Counted from the first letter of the whole stretch, positions 1 to 11,528 are shown. The stretch: 62,996 nucleotides of DNA, filler included, from Collodictyon triciliatum (GCA_043381765.1; 37 parts of 37 records of this genome joined end to end with filler, not necessarily neighbours in it), one strand, 5' to 3'. A program made the numbers and translations. The notes: generated by a model not told the origin, from the letters alone.

Positions 1-1115
1 CTGAGTGCCCTGTAATAAAGATCGATTTAAAAGAGGATGTCACAATGGATGTCACTCTCGAGCCTCTCGAGTATATTGGGCTTCCGTCTGAGAGATTCCA
101 GAGTCTCACAGTATAGTCATCACTTCCAGAGACAATTTTTGAGCTATCAGAAGTAACAGCGACACTCCAAACACTGCTCAGGTGGCCGGTTAATGTGTGA
201 ATCAAATTTCCATCAGAAAGACTCCATATCCTTACTGTATTATCACTACTTCCAGAAACAATTTTTGAGCCTTCAGATGTGACAACAACACTAATCACCC
301 CACTTGTATGACCAATTAATGTGCGAATCAAACCCCCATCAAAAAAATTCCATATTTTGACAGTTTTGTCAGCACTTGCAGAAACAATTTTTGAGCCGTC
401 AGGGGATACTGATACACCTCGAATCACATCTACATGACCCGTAAGAGTACGATTCAAAACTCCATCAGAAATATTCCAAATTTTTACAGATTTGTCGAAA
501 CTCCCAGAAACAATCATTAAACCATCAGGTGTTACAGCTATATTTCGAATATTGTCGGTGTGACCATTTAATGTGCGAATCAAAGTTCCATCAGCAAAAT
601 TCCAAATTTTGATGCTGACATCTGCACTTCCAGAGGCTATTATTGTAGTATTTCGGTCAACTGCCACAGAGCAGACTTCGCGTGTATGGCTGGTCAGTGC
701 GCGAATCAAAGCTCCGTCAGATAGATTCCAGATTTTAATTGTTTTATCAAAACCTCCAGATATAATTTTCGAACCATCTGGGGAAATAGCAACAGAAATA
801 ACGCCACCAGGATGGCCGATATATGTGTTAATCAAAAATCCATCAGACATGTTCCAAATTTTGATAGTATTATCAACACCTCCGGAGGCCATTATTGAGC
901 CATCAAGAGTTATAGCTACACTGAAAACTAATGCGCTATGACCCGTAAAAGAAGTGTAAATTGATGAAACTTGGCATGCAGTGGACAAGAGTTGGCTCAC
1001 TATAATACAAACTGCAAGAGAAATTGTTAGAAGGGCATTTGATAAAAAAAAAATAATATTTGGATTACCTACCAAAGGCAATTCTTTTTAGAGATAGACC
1101 CGAGTTTTCCTCCAT
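1..1115 (-). CDS. WD40-repeat protein with predicted N-terminal signal peptide (3' end truncated by window edge)
   Basis: ATG at 1115; exon 1073-1115; 61-nt GT-AG intron 1012-1072; then an open frame to base 1. Spliced product MEENSGLSLKRIAFVCIIVSQLLSTACQ followed by 7+ regular GH...SGS.D.T(I/V)KIWN WD40 repeats. Confidence 0.9.
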
Positions 1116-1606
1116 GTTTTCTGTCAATACAATTCGTGAATATTTATTATTATGTACTTTTATCTTGTGAGAATGCAATTACAAGTCGCGCGATTGCATT
1201 ATTTTTTTTAAGAAAAAAACATTTAGATGATGATAAATCACTCGATTATTTATTTCTCCAGTCTAATTTTTAATGATAATTATTGGTCAATCTGTACTAG
1301 AATAATAAATCTTATTTCGTCATTTTCTTGCTTTAGAATTTTTCCAACTTTTAAAAAAAAAAAAAAACGAAGCCACAAATTACAATCATTCGAAAAGTCT
1401 AATTCGAGCTTGGATACATATGGCTGTAATATGAAGTTGCAATTATATAAACAAATGGAAAAATGCAATAGAATAAAAAAGTAAGAATTCTAATTGCTAT
1501 TTTGGTTAAATAAATTTAGGGCGTCCAGTGTATTAAAGTTCATTTCCTTTAGATGACATGATTGAAAGAGCTAACTTTGTTTCACTGAGAGTTGAAAACT
1601 TTATCA

Positions 1607-1706
1607 NNNNNNNNNNNNNNNNNNNNNNNNNNNNNNNNNNNNNNNNNNNNTTAATTAATTAANNNNNNNNNNNNNNNNNNNNNNNNNNNNNNNNNNNNNN
1701 NNNNNN
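1607..1706. other. Artificial contig-joining spacer N44-TTAATTAATTAA-N44 (first of 36 copies; last at 61306-61405)
   Basis: Identical 100-nt cassette with stops in all six frames, recurring about every 1.7 kb between contigs of near-identical, gradually decreasing length. Confidence 0.98.
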
Positions 1707-1820
1707 AAAAGGAAAAGGAAAAGGAAAAGGAAAAGGAAAAGGAAAAGGAAAAGGAAAAGGAAAAGGAAAAGGAAAAGGAAAACGAAAAGGAAAAGGAAAA
1801 GGAAAAGGAAAAAAACGAAT

Positions 1821-1856
<36 letters not shown>

Positions 1857-1865
1857 GGGAAAATG
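1707..1865 (+). repeat. (GGAAAA)n/(CGAAAA)n microsatellite
   Basis: Direct inspection. It is typical of the simple repeats at which most contigs end. Confidence 0.95.
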
Positions 1866-3413
1866 AAATTGAAATGATAAAACCAGATAAGAATGGAAAC
1901 AAATAAAGAAAAAGGAGAAGGAAAAGAAAGTATTCAGTTCTTACTCTTTTCCATGATTTCGACGAGATCCCTCAAAGGACACGGTGTGCTGCCAGCGATC
2001 GGCCCGAACAGTTGCTGGGAAAGCCCAAGGTTGGCCACGCAGCCGACATCAGTTTCTTCCCCGTCATATTTCACTGCGCAGCAAAGAGACTATTTATGCT
2101 GCTGTTATTTGGGGCTCTTCACAACACGCTTGCTTTGAAAACAGATATGCAGCGTTTCAGTCTGCTTCGTCTCTGGCTTTCCTGCTTTGTGAGTTGCTGC
2201 GAGTTCCTGTTTGATTGTTTGTGATTCTGCTTGATCGAAGAAATCGGTTTGATCTGGACAGACCGAAGATTCATAGAAATAAACCTTATTTGGTATACTG
2301 AGATTCGTTAGATAAGGGAGGAAGTGCATCTGCAACGCCACTAAATCTTCCATTTTTCTATTTCTTTTTTTTAATTCTGGTTTTTGAATGCGTGTTTGCT
2401 AGCTCTTCGATTGGTCGATGCAATCGTGTTTACTTGAGATTGAGGACGGCGATGCATTCCTATCAACATGGACATCACGAAGAAGACCGACGGCTGCATA
2501 ACAGGCGCGAGCGGGAGGTTTCTTGATGAAGATTAGTGAATGGCAGTTTTATGCTGTGTAAAGTTTTTGCCATCTCCTGATTCCCAAGAACACAAGATAC
2601 ATCGGTAGAAAAATAATAAGGTATCAGATACGCTATACGCGATAAATGATATACATGTAAAGACTGCGAAGAATGAGATTTGGATTCAATCTTTTCTGGT
2701 GATGGCATGTGTCAATAATCTATCCAGAGAATGATTATTTATATAACGGGATTTTGTTAATTACTGCAAAGTCTTTGTGTCACGGAGAAGGACAGTGGTT
2801 TTGACAGCATTTGCAAGAGATATCTGTCAGTCTCCAGAATGACCTTCATATTCTCCAAACCAGGCTGAGTGCCTCTTGAGTGGCGTGAAAGTGACTCGCC
2901 ACAGTATACGCACACACAGATAGCCCAAATTGTATTATATCGTGATGAGGAGCTATATTGAAACACAACATAAAATCATATCTTTGGGCAATTGATTGTT
3001 TGTGATAAGCCCTGGCGAGCTTGAACTTTGGACATTGGTTGCGAGCTCCGTGTTCTGATATAATAAAAATATTTTCTTTCAGTTTGGCTTATTGAGTGAG
3101 GGATTTTGTTGAGTTTGTGAGAAGTACTTTTGTACAATGAGTTTTTCTTTCTGCATTTGATAAACAAGAAAGTGAAGGAGTGCTTGGTTGCGGAGTTCCA
3201 CCGAGGGATTCATTCCGCTTTGCCCAGAGGCGAAGAGGTAGCCCTTTGCTGCGGTCGCTTGGCTAAGAATAATATGCGACTTTGTTATGCGCAAAAGTAC
3301 TTTAGTCAAAAGNNNNNNNNNNNNNNNNNNNNNNNNNNNNNNNNNNNNNNNNNNNNTTAATTAATTAANNNNNNNNNNNNNNNNNNNNNNNNNNNNNNNN
3401 NNNNNNNNNNNNA

Positions 3414-3977
3414 AGCCGCACAAAGGTCAGGAGAACACAAAGCAGAAGCAGAAATGCGACAAAGTCCAACCGACACTCACGCAGTCGTAGCCCTTTTGGT
3501 ACCAGATCCAAGCGGTACACTAAGAGTCGGACGAGGTCGCGCAAACCTGCAATGACGGCATCCTCAGGACCGCAGGGCCAGTCGCGAAGCAAGAAGCCAG
3601 GGGCAGGAGGCTCGGCAGGTGGAGGCATGATAGGAATAATAGCAGGGGCTGTTGGAGGTATCAGGGGTATTCTTCTTATTGTAGGCGGAGTTACCCTCTA
3701 CAGACGCCGCCGCAATCTGCTTAGAAGTGCTCCAAGACAATTGGGTATTCCCAATAGATTGCAATCCTGGCAAAGGTCGCAACCTTTCATGCCAACACAG
3801 ACCACCCCTCTTGCGACAGGGTATGATTCAACATTCAGGGAGGTGGATAATCCCCGACATCTCCTTGGGAGCGGGACATGTCCTTCGCCCTCTCTGCTGC
3901 CGTCTGATGAATCTGAGGATGGGAAAATGTTGCGACTACCGGGGCATTCTTGTCGTGTTCTCAAGGGTGCGAAATAA
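3414..3977 (+). CDS. C-terminal part of a single-pass membrane protein (R/S/T-rich stalk, TM helix, cytoplasmic tail)
   Basis: Frame open from the contig start: SRTKVRRTQSRSRNAT...GGMIGIIAGAVGGIRGILLIVGGVTLY followed by an RRRR stop-transfer; TAA at 3975-3977. Confidence 0.6.
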   Translation, partial: SRTKVRRTQSRSRNATKSNRHSRSRSPFGTRSKRYTKSRTRSRKPAMTASSGPQGQSRSKKPGAGGSAGGGMIGIIAGAVGGIRGILLIVGGVTLYRRRRNLLRSAPRQLGIPNRLQSWQRSQPFMPTQTTPLATGYDSTFREVDNPRHLLGSGTCPSPSLLPSDESEDGKMLRLPGHSCRVLKGAK

Positions 3978-4233
3978 ACAAAGGTGAAAGCCAAAAAAAA
4001 ACCATACCGTTCTCAAATTAGCTTTGTAATCTCTGCAACATCTTATTTATCCTTCACATTTTCACGCCCGAAGCCCACTGCTCATTCATAGATGTTCAGA
4101 GAGTTCGTGTCGTTTAATTTCCACATATGGATGATCTAGATTCCTACTTATGTCATGAATTAGTGCAAACTGCTTGACAAGAAAATGTGCTTCCAGTTAC
4201 GCCGATCAGAGTGCCGAAGCAGGAGAGAAAGAG

Positions 4234-4943
4234 ATGAGTGCGCCTGCTCTGCAGCTCGTTGCGCGTAACATTAGGGAGATTGGCCAAGTTGAGGCGCTCC
4301 GGAACCCACGACTTCGCTCGGTAAATCTGCATGGGTGAGCCTCTTCTTTTGTTCAGCTCTGGATTTTATTGTGTTTTCTTTTTTTTGTTTTATTGGATTT
4401 TATTGTATTTTGTCTTGTTTTATTTTACTTTTGTTTATTTTTCTTTTCTTTTCTTTTCTTTTGTTTTATTTTTTATTTTTTCTTTGTTTTCTTTGTTTTA
4501 TTGTGTTTTGTCTTGTTTTATTATGCTCTAGATTTTATTGTGTTTTCTTTTGTTTTTTCTTTGTTTTGTTTTGTTTTGTTTTGTTTTGTTTTGTTTTGTT
4601 TTGTTTTCGTTTTCGTTTTCGTTTTCATTATCTTATCGTTTTTTTGTTTCTATTTGTTTTATTTGTTTTATTTTATTTTTTCTTTTATTCTTTGTTCTCT
4701 TTTTCTTTTCTTTTCGTTTTCGTTATCTTATCGTTTTTTTTTTGACATTCTTTACATGCATCCCATTGATCATTTTACTCGTCCTTTCCACGTTGGCCAT
4801 CCAGAAATCAAATCTCTCTGATTGAGCATCTCGAAGGCTTGTCAGGCCTGATTGAGTTAGATCTATCGGCAAATATTATCACCAGAATTGTTGGACTTGA
4901 TCACTTGCACCGTCTACAGATACTGAACTTGTCGAATAATCAG
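4234..4943 (+). CDS. LRRCC1: SDS22-type leucine-rich-repeat protein, LRRCC1/VFL1-like N-terminus (partial)
   Basis: Exons 4234-4334 and 4805-4943 splice in frame: MSAPALQL...LRSVNLHGNQISLIEHLEGLSGLIELDLSANIITRIVGLDHLHRLQILNLSNNQ. The VNLHxNxISxIE first repeat resembles LRRCC1. Confidence 0.65.
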
Positions 4944-5167
4944 GTTTCCCTCATATCTTGAAGGGCCATATTGTCTAAACTAACTTTAAGCAGCCTTCAA
5001 AACTCAGCTCCTCCCCCCNNNNNNNNNNNNNNNNNNNNNNNNNNNNNNNNNNNNNNNNNNNNTTAATTAATTAANNNNNNNNNNNNNNNNNNNNNNNNNN
5101 NNNNNNNNNNNNNNNNNNCATCATCAATATTGCTTTATTTTCTTTCAACTTACCCCGCTTCTATCCC

Positions 5168-5176
5168 ATATAAAAA
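5168..5176 (+). promoter_or_regulatory. TATA-like element upstream of the ADH pseudogene start
   Basis: ATATAAAAA about 10-17 nt upstream of the ATG at 5185. This is unusually close for a TATA box. Confidence 0.25.
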
Positions 5177-5184
5177 GCAGCCAC

Positions 5185-6723
5185 ATGGCCGTTGACACCA
5201 GCGTTTCATTCCACTCCTATGCCGCTTGAGTGCCGGAGCAGCTCTTGAGCCATGGACATATCACCCCCGCATCCTTGGCCCGCACAACATAGAGATCAAA
5301 ATCACCCATTGAGAATCTGCGGTCGGGTGAGTGACATTTGTCACAAATACAAAGAGGCTGCAGCAGGTTGTAAAGCTCATCTTGTGATGAGAAGCAACGC
5401 CGTGCCGTAGATTCTGATGTTGTTGCTCCACTTACCTGTATTATTCACAACTTTACAGATACCCATACCATCGATAACGACTGGAAGAGGTCGGTCTATC
5501 TTGTGGTGGTTGGACATGAGGTTATCGGCGAGGTTGTTGCCACAGGCCCTAACATGACGAACTTGATGGTAAGTCTCATAAAATAGATGCCATCCATGTA
5601 AAGCTTTGCATGTTACGTAGTCTTGCGCTCACTTCTCATCAATATCGACCTTCCTTCAATGTAGGAGACTGGGTGGGCGTGAGCGCTCAGTATTTTGCCT
5701 GTCTGAAGTCCGATTGTTATGAGTGCAGCAACGAGGATAACCAATGGTACCCAAAGAAAGTCTTCACCTACAATATACCCTACGTTGACGGTGAGCTCTC
5801 AAGGGGCGGATATGCCGACCGCATCCGTCTCTTGTCCGACTTCGCCTTCCTCATCCAGAGAGTACCCCTTATAATGTTGCTGCTCCTCTTCTAAGTGTTG
5901 GAATCACAGTTTTCGCTGCCCTGAGGCATTAGACATCATTTAGACTCACAGATGCTTAAGTTATATAATTTCTTGATACAAGTAACGATGCGCTATAGGT
6001 ATACGCTTTTTTTTTTCAGAAACAGCGACGGTGCAAGCAACTCAGTCAAGGTGGGAATGATTAGTATCGGAGGACATGGACATTTGGGAATCCAGTTTGC
6101 TAAGGTTTGTTTTCACTATGATATTTATGTTACAAAATAAAATAACTTCACGGCAAATATCACTTTAAAGAGGATTCGTGTGTTCATATGTTTTAAGCAA
6201 AAAATAAAATTAAAAAAATGCAGGCCCTAGGAGGCGAAGTAACCGCCATTTCTCACTCAGAGAAAAAGAAAGAGGAAGCTATCAAGCTTTGAGCGAACCA
6301 CTCCATCAACAGTAGCAACCCTGCCGAAATCGCTTCTGCTGCAAAGACCGTTTGCGAATCAAACACAAAATTCGTCAATATGGGCTTATCTATTGCTAAA
6401 ATAAAGAAAGTGAACTTTGTTTTACAATCAGTATTTGTTAGTTGGATGTTATCCTTGTGACAGCCAACAGCAACGACATTAACTAAGGTGGGTGTCTGTC
6501 ACTTCTCCACTCTCACAGAAAAATGGTCGTGGTTGGTCTCCCTGAAGAACTCACCAAAATCGCGCCCTTCAATCTTATCATGAGCCAAGTCGGCCTGTGT
6601 GGCAGCGTCATCGGCTCCACTTTCGAAATCAAAGAAATGTTGCAATTTGCTTCCTAGTACAACGTCAGTCCTTGGATTGGAGTTCTGCCCATCCAAAAAA
6701 TCAACACTGCCCTCGAGCGCGTT
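5185..6723 (+). pseudogene. Zinc-dependent alcohol dehydrogenase (MDR, cinnamyl-ADH/ADH6-like) pseudogene, introns retained
   Basis: GHEVIGEV motif, structural-Zn Cys cluster, GGYAD, GGHGHLGIQFAK Rossmann motif, VVVGLP and GSVIG. Several frameshifts and in-frame stops (near 5228, 5893, 6290, 6484, 6655). Confidence 0.9.
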
Positions 6724-7749
6724 NNNNNNNNNNNNNNNNNNNNNNNNNNNNNNNNNNNNNNNNNNNNTTAATTAATTAANNNNNNNNNNNNNNNNNNNNN
6801 NNNNNNNNNNNNNNNNNNNNNNNTTTTTTTTTTTTTTTTTTTCTTTTTTCTTTTTTCTTTTTTCTTTTTTCTTTTTTCTTTTTTCTTTTTTCTTTTTTCT
6901 TTTTTTCTGGTTGATGCATTTGTTGTGGTAGGTAGGATTTACAACATAATGTGAGGGGGCAGCGACACACGCAAGGGCCTTATGGCAGATATTTGATTTC
7001 TTGTGTTGTGCAGGCGCAGTGCCGTTTCTTCGATGGTTGGGTAATCTCATGGCGGGATGGTGCAATGTCGTTGGTGCGTCTTTTTGTACTGTTTAATTTT
7101 TTTTTTCTCCCTGCAGAAATAGAATTGACCGACTGAAAGAGATACGGCAGACGCAAGAAAAGGATATTGGTTAACTTTGTTTTTGTTTTCCTATACAAAT
7201 TTTGTTCCATATGAAATTCGTCGCAAAAACCATGGGAGAATAGGTGCCCGCAGAAAAAAGGGGAAAATGGGGCTAATTCGGCTATCTGAATGAACGGATT
7301 AGCAACTGTCTTTATAGAAATCAACTATGAGTAGACATGATTGCTAATGCTGCTAACAAATTGTCACTTCATTTTTAAATTTTATATGAAGAATCGATGG
7401 CCGGCTCTGTTTCCTCTCAATAAAATAATCAAAAAAAACCAAATCAAAAAAACTATTAGGATATCAACTTTCGTGTATTGCAACGGTCTTTTGACTGGTT
7501 TTGCCGCAAATTTGAAAAAAATTGGTGTATCATGTCTTAGTATGTACAATTCTTTAGAATTATACTAGTCTTCCCGCCAAAAACGCAAGTCTCGTTGACC
7601 TTCGTTGCATTCCCCTAACCCAGCGTGGGTATGAGCGGTTGTCGGGTGTGCATTCCCAGCTGCGTCTGTGTGGAGTACCACGGAAGTCGCGGGTGGAACC
7701 ACACGGAGCTTGTGATTCATGGGTTCGTTACTTGTGGTTTCTTTTCGAT

Positions 7750-8428
7750 AGTTTATTGAGAGAAAACAAAGCCGAGGAAACCGCCTTCACCTCTAGGACA
7801 GAAATGAGCTGTGGACAAGGCAGTGGAAAACCTAGGATTTTGTGGTTGGAGTTTTTGTGTTTTGGGTGGAAGAAAAAGAAAACAAGATAGAAAGGAGAGA
7901 AACTGTTCTCACACGCAGACTATTCTACCCGAGGTGATTGAGCTCCAACACGATTTCTGGTTGTATTCGAGACTGACAAAAGAGCGGATAAAGTTGTCGG
8001 GTCGATGAAAGTGCGCACATGGCAGTTTTTCTCAAATCGATTCCGACGAGTCCTTTCAACCGTCCATCTCAGACAAGGTTTACATCCTATTTCATTCCAC
8101 AGGATGGTCTTTTGAGGGGGAACGGTCACTTTTCTTGCGCTTCTTGCTGGGCGACTCTGACAAAAAGCAATACATCGTTGTTTGTCTGGAATTATCGGAA
8201 GTGGCGCTTGACCGTCCCCTGGCTTCGGAACCATGCGTAGCTGGCAGTGGACTTTGCTTAACTGGAGTATGGATACGCGTTTGTGGTTTTAGAAACATAC
8301 GCTCCTGCTTGCTCGGACTGTCTTTGGTGTGTGAAGTTCCGAGTTTGGATTCGACTTCTGGTGTTTGCTCTTGCTCCTTGTTTCTCGGTGCGATGGGCTG
8401 GGGCAGGATACACGGACTATCTTTGGTG
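7750..8428 (-). mobile_element. Non-LTR retrotransposon fragment: ORF1 C-terminus and decayed start of ORF2
   Basis: Reverse-complement homolog of about 60375-61065 (MFLKPQT...HGSEARGRSSATSD.RQTTMYCFLSESPSKKRK), with homology continuing past the ORF1 stop. Confidence 0.85.
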
Positions 8429-8528
8429 NNNNNNNNNNNNNNNNNNNNNNNNNNNNNNNNNNNNNNNNNNNNTTAATTAATTAANNNNNNNNNNNNNNNN
8501 NNNNNNNNNNNNNNNNNNNNNNNNNNNN

Positions 8529-8720
8529 TTCCGCGCCTTTTGATTCATGTGCTGTGGCTTTAGGCAGAGCAAGTGATGCGTCAGCGTTTGCGGGTTGATC
8601 GGGCAACGACGCAAGGGTTTCTTTTGCTGGACGATTCGGAGCACTGGAGGGACGAAGTGGGGCGCTGGATGGTCGAGCCAGTGGGCTGTTTGGCTCGGCG
8701 TTTGTGCTCTCGGAGGCCAT
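8529..8720 (-). CDS. 5' exon of an unknown protein with RPSSAP repeats
   Basis: ATG in GCCATGG context, open to the contig end: MASESTNAEPNSPLARPSSAPLRPSSAPNRPAKE. Confidence 0.5.
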
Positions 8721-9254
8721 GGCTGCGTTCTGTTCGGTTTTTGTTTTGCTTTTTTTTGTTATTCACTTGGCTCCTTTGCAGAAATATCGAATCACTAGTG
8801 GAAAAATATGGGTAGGAAACGTATTCCAGAATAGTATAAATCAAGTATGGAAGTCGTTAGATTAGTTATGGAATTTATAGTATATTGTAATTTATTTCTC
8901 ATTATAGGAGATTTTAATCCCAATAAATACTGAACTCTTCTAATGTCCATTATTATGTCCTAATTTAATCTTATTTACTGATCAATGACCCTGATTGAAG
9001 GAACTCACAAACAAAAGCCACGGCAAAGTGCTCTGCATGGCACTCAACCATCTCTTGAAAATCGTAAAGGATGGCGCGCAGGGTCACGGCGGCCGACTAT
9101 GCAGTGAGCAAGGCTCTGATGTCTGCGGCCACATGGTTTCTGGAGTCTGGTCTTCAAAGGCCTGTGCTTTGCGAGAAAAAAAGTCGGACATCGTCTGGGA
9201 AAAGTACGGCCAAGCGAGTGGGTACGAAGGTCGCCGCACAGGACAAAAATTACG

Positions 9255-9400
9255 TATCGATGACAAAGAAGGCAACACAGCACTACTGCAGAATGATGAT
9301 TCCATCATCCGTATGCTCCTCAAAAACGGTGCCTTTGGCTATTGCGCTCCAATGCGAAACAAGAGCGGTCTCAGTCCATTGGAGACGATTCAAATAAGCA
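9255..9400 (+). pseudogene. Degenerate ankyrin-repeat fragment
   Basis: DDKEGNTALL...IIRMLLKNGA...RNKSGLSPLE resembles ankyrin repeats but lacks the central helix residues. Confidence 0.35.
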
Positions 9401-9684
9401 CAAAGGCATCAGAATGGATGGAGTATACAAATGACCACCGTGATAAACAGTAAAATACGCAAACAATGACGAACATAAGTGATAATTCATTTTCTTGCTA
9501 TTTTGTGGATTTGCATATATTTCATAACGGATACAAAAAAATGTGAAGGTAAAGTTGTACTGGTTTTCTTTGTACTAATCAAAGAGTGTGAAGTTAACCA
9601 GTTGTGGAACGTAATGAAAGCGAAAGACAAAATAATTGAGTAATTCATTTTGGCTTTATTTCATGATGTGCTTCGATGTGTTGG

Positions 9685-10133
9685 CTAATTCCCTCCATCA
9701 CCAGAGTGGCCGTATCCGCCCTGCGTTAATAACGATCTTCATAAAAAAAAACCAGCAAACTTATGCAGTTCACGAAAAAAAATGAATCCATGGAATGATA
9801 TGGCTATCAAATGAGGTGCTAATTGACTAATGGAATGTGATTCGTATGTTTGCACTTACAGAACGTTGCCTCTTCCGATTTTCGTAGTGACCTTATCAGA
9901 ACACATGATTGAACAAAAAAAATTGTTATTAACAAACAAACGAATGAGGAAAAAAAAACACAGAGACTGCAGTAAAAGAAGAGTGAAAACCAGAAGACAA
10001 ATGAACAAAGATATGAAATACCAGAGGGGAATGGATTACCTGAATGATGATTGTGCCCATGGTCCGAATAGTGTCTCCTTCCTTGATATTGGCCGTGGCC
10101 TTGTCCGTGGTGCGAACTGTGATGCGAGTATCC
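9685..10133 (-). CDS. Three 3' exons encoding a His/Gly/Tyr-rich low-complexity C-terminus
   Basis: GT-AG splicing of about 10133-10040, 9891-9860 and 9720-9685 gives GYSHHSSHHGQGHGQYQGRRHYSDHGHNHHSGHYENRKRQRSGGYGHSGDGGN*. An alternative frame is also open. Confidence 0.5.
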
Positions 10134-10312
10134 NNNNNNNNNNNNNNNNNNNNNNNNNNNNNNNNNNNNNNNNNNNNTTAATTAATTAANNNNNNNNNNN
10201 NNNNNNNNNNNNNNNNNNNNNNNNNNNNNNNNNAAAAAGCATTTTTTTTTTTGTAACGCATTATGGTCAATTAAAAGAAAAATAGACTTGTTGAACTAAC
10301 AATACTCTGCAG

Positions 10313-11528
10313 GAACGTACTATTACACCCTGGAGGTCATGTCTACTATTGCTGTGATTACCAACTGCTGTATTCTTGGTATTGGCCAATCTCATTCCTA
10401 TTGCAAAATATACTGGATTGAACTCGTCACTCCCGTGAGAATGAAAAATAAAGGAATTGCATGTGTTTATTTCTCACCAAATTATATACGAAATTCTTTA
10501 GCCTTCACTTCCAACATCTTCGTCGACGAGGGTTACGTAGAGGAAGGTGATACCTCGAAGAAGATGTGGATTGCTCTGATCGCCGAGGTTTCTTATTTCT
10601 GTGCACAATATCTATCATCACACTCAGATAGCCTATGATTTTCAAAGCAATTATTCCATATAACTTACAATTGAGATATCGGTTGTCTTTGTTGTTTCTC
10701 TAATATCTTACGTCGCCAACACTAGCACATCATCCTTATCCTTAAGTTCGCCATTTCTGTCGCTATTCCCGATGTAAGTCTTGGATGTTTGGTTATATGT
10801 ACATATATTTCGATGTACCAGTGGTTCCACAATATCAAAAAATAAGTAAATAAAATCGCTACACTTTGAATCGAATAAAGGAAAAATAAAATAAAATAAT
10901 TTGTGGTGCTTCTGTTATTAAGGCCATTTGAATATGCTGATTGCCGCAAAACATAACATGGATACTTTCTGCAACAGGTCCCGCAAGAAATCCGAGAGGA
11001 GATGCTCTGCGCCAAGTACCACCAGGTTTTACTTCTATATGATCTAATAACTGTATGTCATGCTGCGGAAGCAGTAGCAAAGAACTTATCAAACCAATAA
11101 CTGGGCATCGAGTATCGAAACCAGACAAACTAATGGATAAAAAAGAAACAAAAAAATACAAACTTTTATTCATGCTATGTGTGGAAACTGTAGGAGAAAA
11201 CCATGCAGTCTGGTGACCGCAAAGAGAAGGAGCGCACCAACATCGAGAGACACCAGGTAAACCTTATGCTCTTGAAATATTGATGGTGATTTTGTTCAGA
11301 ATAAATAATAATCATAATAATCACAATAATAATGAAAGAGCATATATAAGAAAATTAATAATAAAAACAAAAAGAAAAGAAGACTCACATGTCTTTCAGC
11401 GCCATGCACTCACCCCTGCCCTCCCACAGAGCCGCATGAACTTGTTGGGCGAGAGCGGGAAGTTCGACCAGTTCCAAGTCGACCGCAGCGAGTGGCTCAA
11501 GGACCCCGCCCCCAAGGACAGGATTTAA
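10313..11528 (+). CDS. Anoctamin/TMEM16 family protein, C-terminal exons
   Basis: Spliced GTYYYTLEVMSTIAVITNCCILAFTS...MWIALIAEHIILILKFAISVAIPDVPQEIREE matches the last two TM helices and IPDVP motif; TAA at 11526-11528. Confidence 0.9.

Noticed and set aside
573-941. 122-aa plus-strand ORF with repeats
   Set aside because: Antisense shadow of the minus-strand WD40 gene.
1651-1662. Regularly spaced TTAATTAATTAA palindromes resembling a CRISPR-like or regulatory array
   Set aside because: Always embedded in N44 padding; an artificial six-frame-stop linker.
5185-6723. Stop-codon reassignment or programmed frameshifting to explain in-frame stops
   Set aside because: Lesions are of mixed types and confined to decayed loci. 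Intact genes have no internal stops and end in TAA or TGA (anoctamin, RNFT, SAP30-like).
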